A stretch of 64,000 nucleotides of DNA, taken from positions 17,982 through 81,981 of the forward strand of contig CAYYAQ010000003.1 in NCBI GenBank assembly GCA_964469555.1. Direction: 5' to 3'. The notes below the pieces were generated by a model. The model worked only from the letters and a program-made list of their open reading frames with translations. It searched no databases and had not been told where the DNA came from. Origin of the DNA: an uncultured candidatus Brocadiaceae bacterium. GTDB taxonomy: Bacteria; Planctomycetota; UBA1135; UBA2386. The position numbers were made by a program, and so were the translations under genes. This document shows, piece by piece, positions 62,683 to 64,000 of the stretch; position 1 is the stretch's first letter; every line of letters begins with the position of its first letter.

Positions 62683-63636
62683 ATGCAGTACGTCAACCTC
62701 GGTCGGTCCGGCTTGAAGATCAGCAGGGTCAGCCTCGGCTCTTGGCTGACCTACGGCAACTCGGTAGGGCAGGACACTACCGACCGGATCGTTCGCCGCG
62801 CGGTCGACCTCGGCATCAATCTCCTCGATACGGCCGACGTGTACAATCGCGGCGAAGGTGAGAAGGCCCTCGCCGGAGCCACCGAAGGGATGCGTCGGGA
62901 GAACCTCGTCATCGCGAGCAAGTGCTTCTTCCCGATGAGCGACGACGTCAACGACCGGGGGTTGTCGCGCAAGCACATCTTCGAGAGTGTCCACCAGAGC
63001 CTCTCGCGCCTGCGGACCGACTACCTCGATCTCTACCAGTGCCACCGGCACGACCCCGACACGCCGCTCGGCGAGACGGTCATGGCGATGGACGACCTCA
63101 TCCGCCAGGGCAAGGTCCTCTACTGGGGAGTCAGCGAATGGCCCGCCGAGGCGATCATCGAGGCGGTGGAGATGGCGCGCGAAGGCGGCATGCACCCGCC
63201 GATATCGAATCAGCCCAAGTACAACCTGTTCGACCGTGAGATCGAACGCGACGTGATTCCCGCCAGCGAGAAGTATGGCGTCGGCCAGATCGTGTTCTCT
63301 CCGCTCGCCCAGGGAGTCCTCTCCGGGAAGTACAGCCCCGGTGGGGACCCCGCCAAGGACACCCGCGCCGGCAACGACAAGGTCAATATGTTCATCGATC
63401 GGTACCTGGACGCCGCCCGGCTCGGCCAAGCGGCGCGGTTCGCCGAAATGGCCGCCCGGATCGGGGTGCCACCGTCGCAAGCCGCCCTGGCGTGGTGCCT
63501 GCGCAAGCCGAGCGTCAACAGCGTGATCATCGGCGCGAGCCGCCTGGAGCAGATCGAGGAGAATGTAGTGGCTGGCGAACTCACCCTCTCCGCGGAGCAC
63601 ATCCAGGAGCTCGAAGAACTGTTTCCCCTGTCGTGA
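62683..63636 (+). CDS. Aldo/keto reductase (Kv-beta / YghZ-Tas-like)
   Basis: LGSWLTYG, INLLDTADVYNRGEGE (catalytic Asp/Tyr), ASKCF (Lys), DLYQCHRHD (His), YWGVSEW, FSPLAQGVLSGKY. Confidence 0.88.
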   Translation: MQYVNLGRSGLKISRVSLGSWLTYGNSVGQDTTDRIVRRAVDLGINLLDTADVYNRGEGEKALAGATEGMRRENLVIASKCFFPMSDDVNDRGLSRKHIFESVHQSLSRLRTDYLDLYQCHRHDPDTPLGETVMAMDDLIRQGKVLYWGVSEWPAEAIIEAVEMAREGGMHPPISNQPKYNLFDREIERDVIPASEKYGVGQIVFSPLAQGVLSGKYSPGGDPAKDTRAGNDKVNMFIDRYLDAARLGQAARFAEMAARIGVPPSQAALAWCLRKPSVNSVIIGASRLEQIEENVVAGELTLSAEHIQELEELFPLS

Positions 63637-63646
63637 TCGAACTTGA

Positions 63647-64000
<354 letters not shown>

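Overview
High-GC (roughly 63-65% by eye, strong GC3 bias) bacterial chromosomal window. It is almost fully coding (about 50 genes). I recognised no rRNA, tRNA, CRISPR array, transposase or integrase. Many of the longest ORFs in the track are antisense artefacts of the GC content. Several real genes start well inside their listed ORF, so I re-derived those starts by codon counting.

Left third (1-23 kb): a type IV pilus-type gene set made of pilD, an OmpA-domain lipoprotein, a divergent EF-G-like GTPase, pilT, pilB, pilC, a TPR protein, and a major-pilin-like gene with a strong terminator hairpin. It is followed directly by a translationally coupled glycosylation module: a GT2 polyprenyl-phosphate-sugar-synthase-like gene, a GT-B/GT4-like gene, and a GT-C+TPR TMTC/PMT-like gene. 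After tatD and a HEAT-like gene come two tandem paralogous glycine-rich lipoproteins of 1011 and 894 aa with no family I can name. A possible third relative is cut by the left window edge. This pilus / glycosylation / giant-lipoprotein neighbourhood is my best candidate for an undescribed cell-surface system.

Remainder: housekeeping and metabolic genes.
- Amidohydrolase, NrnA-like DHH, metallophosphoesterase, cutA, DASS transporter, comM, PLP dehydratase, DegT-like.
- A fused-membrane spermidine-synthase-like / HAD / DMGDH-like operon.
- A gamma-glutamylation (Puu/Ipu-type) amine-catabolic operon with a choline/ethanolamine-kinase-like gene, preceded on the same strand by PhoD-like and HEAT+vWA genes.
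- A Gfo/Idh/MocA - radical SAM - modABC operon.
- D-aminoacylase, a heterodimeric ABC exporter, a Cys-type sulfatase, a secreted LTXXQ-repeat protein with a clan-CD-like His/Cys pair, an aldo/keto reductase, and the 5' end of purD.

All functional calls come from motif recognition by eye. No database search was run.
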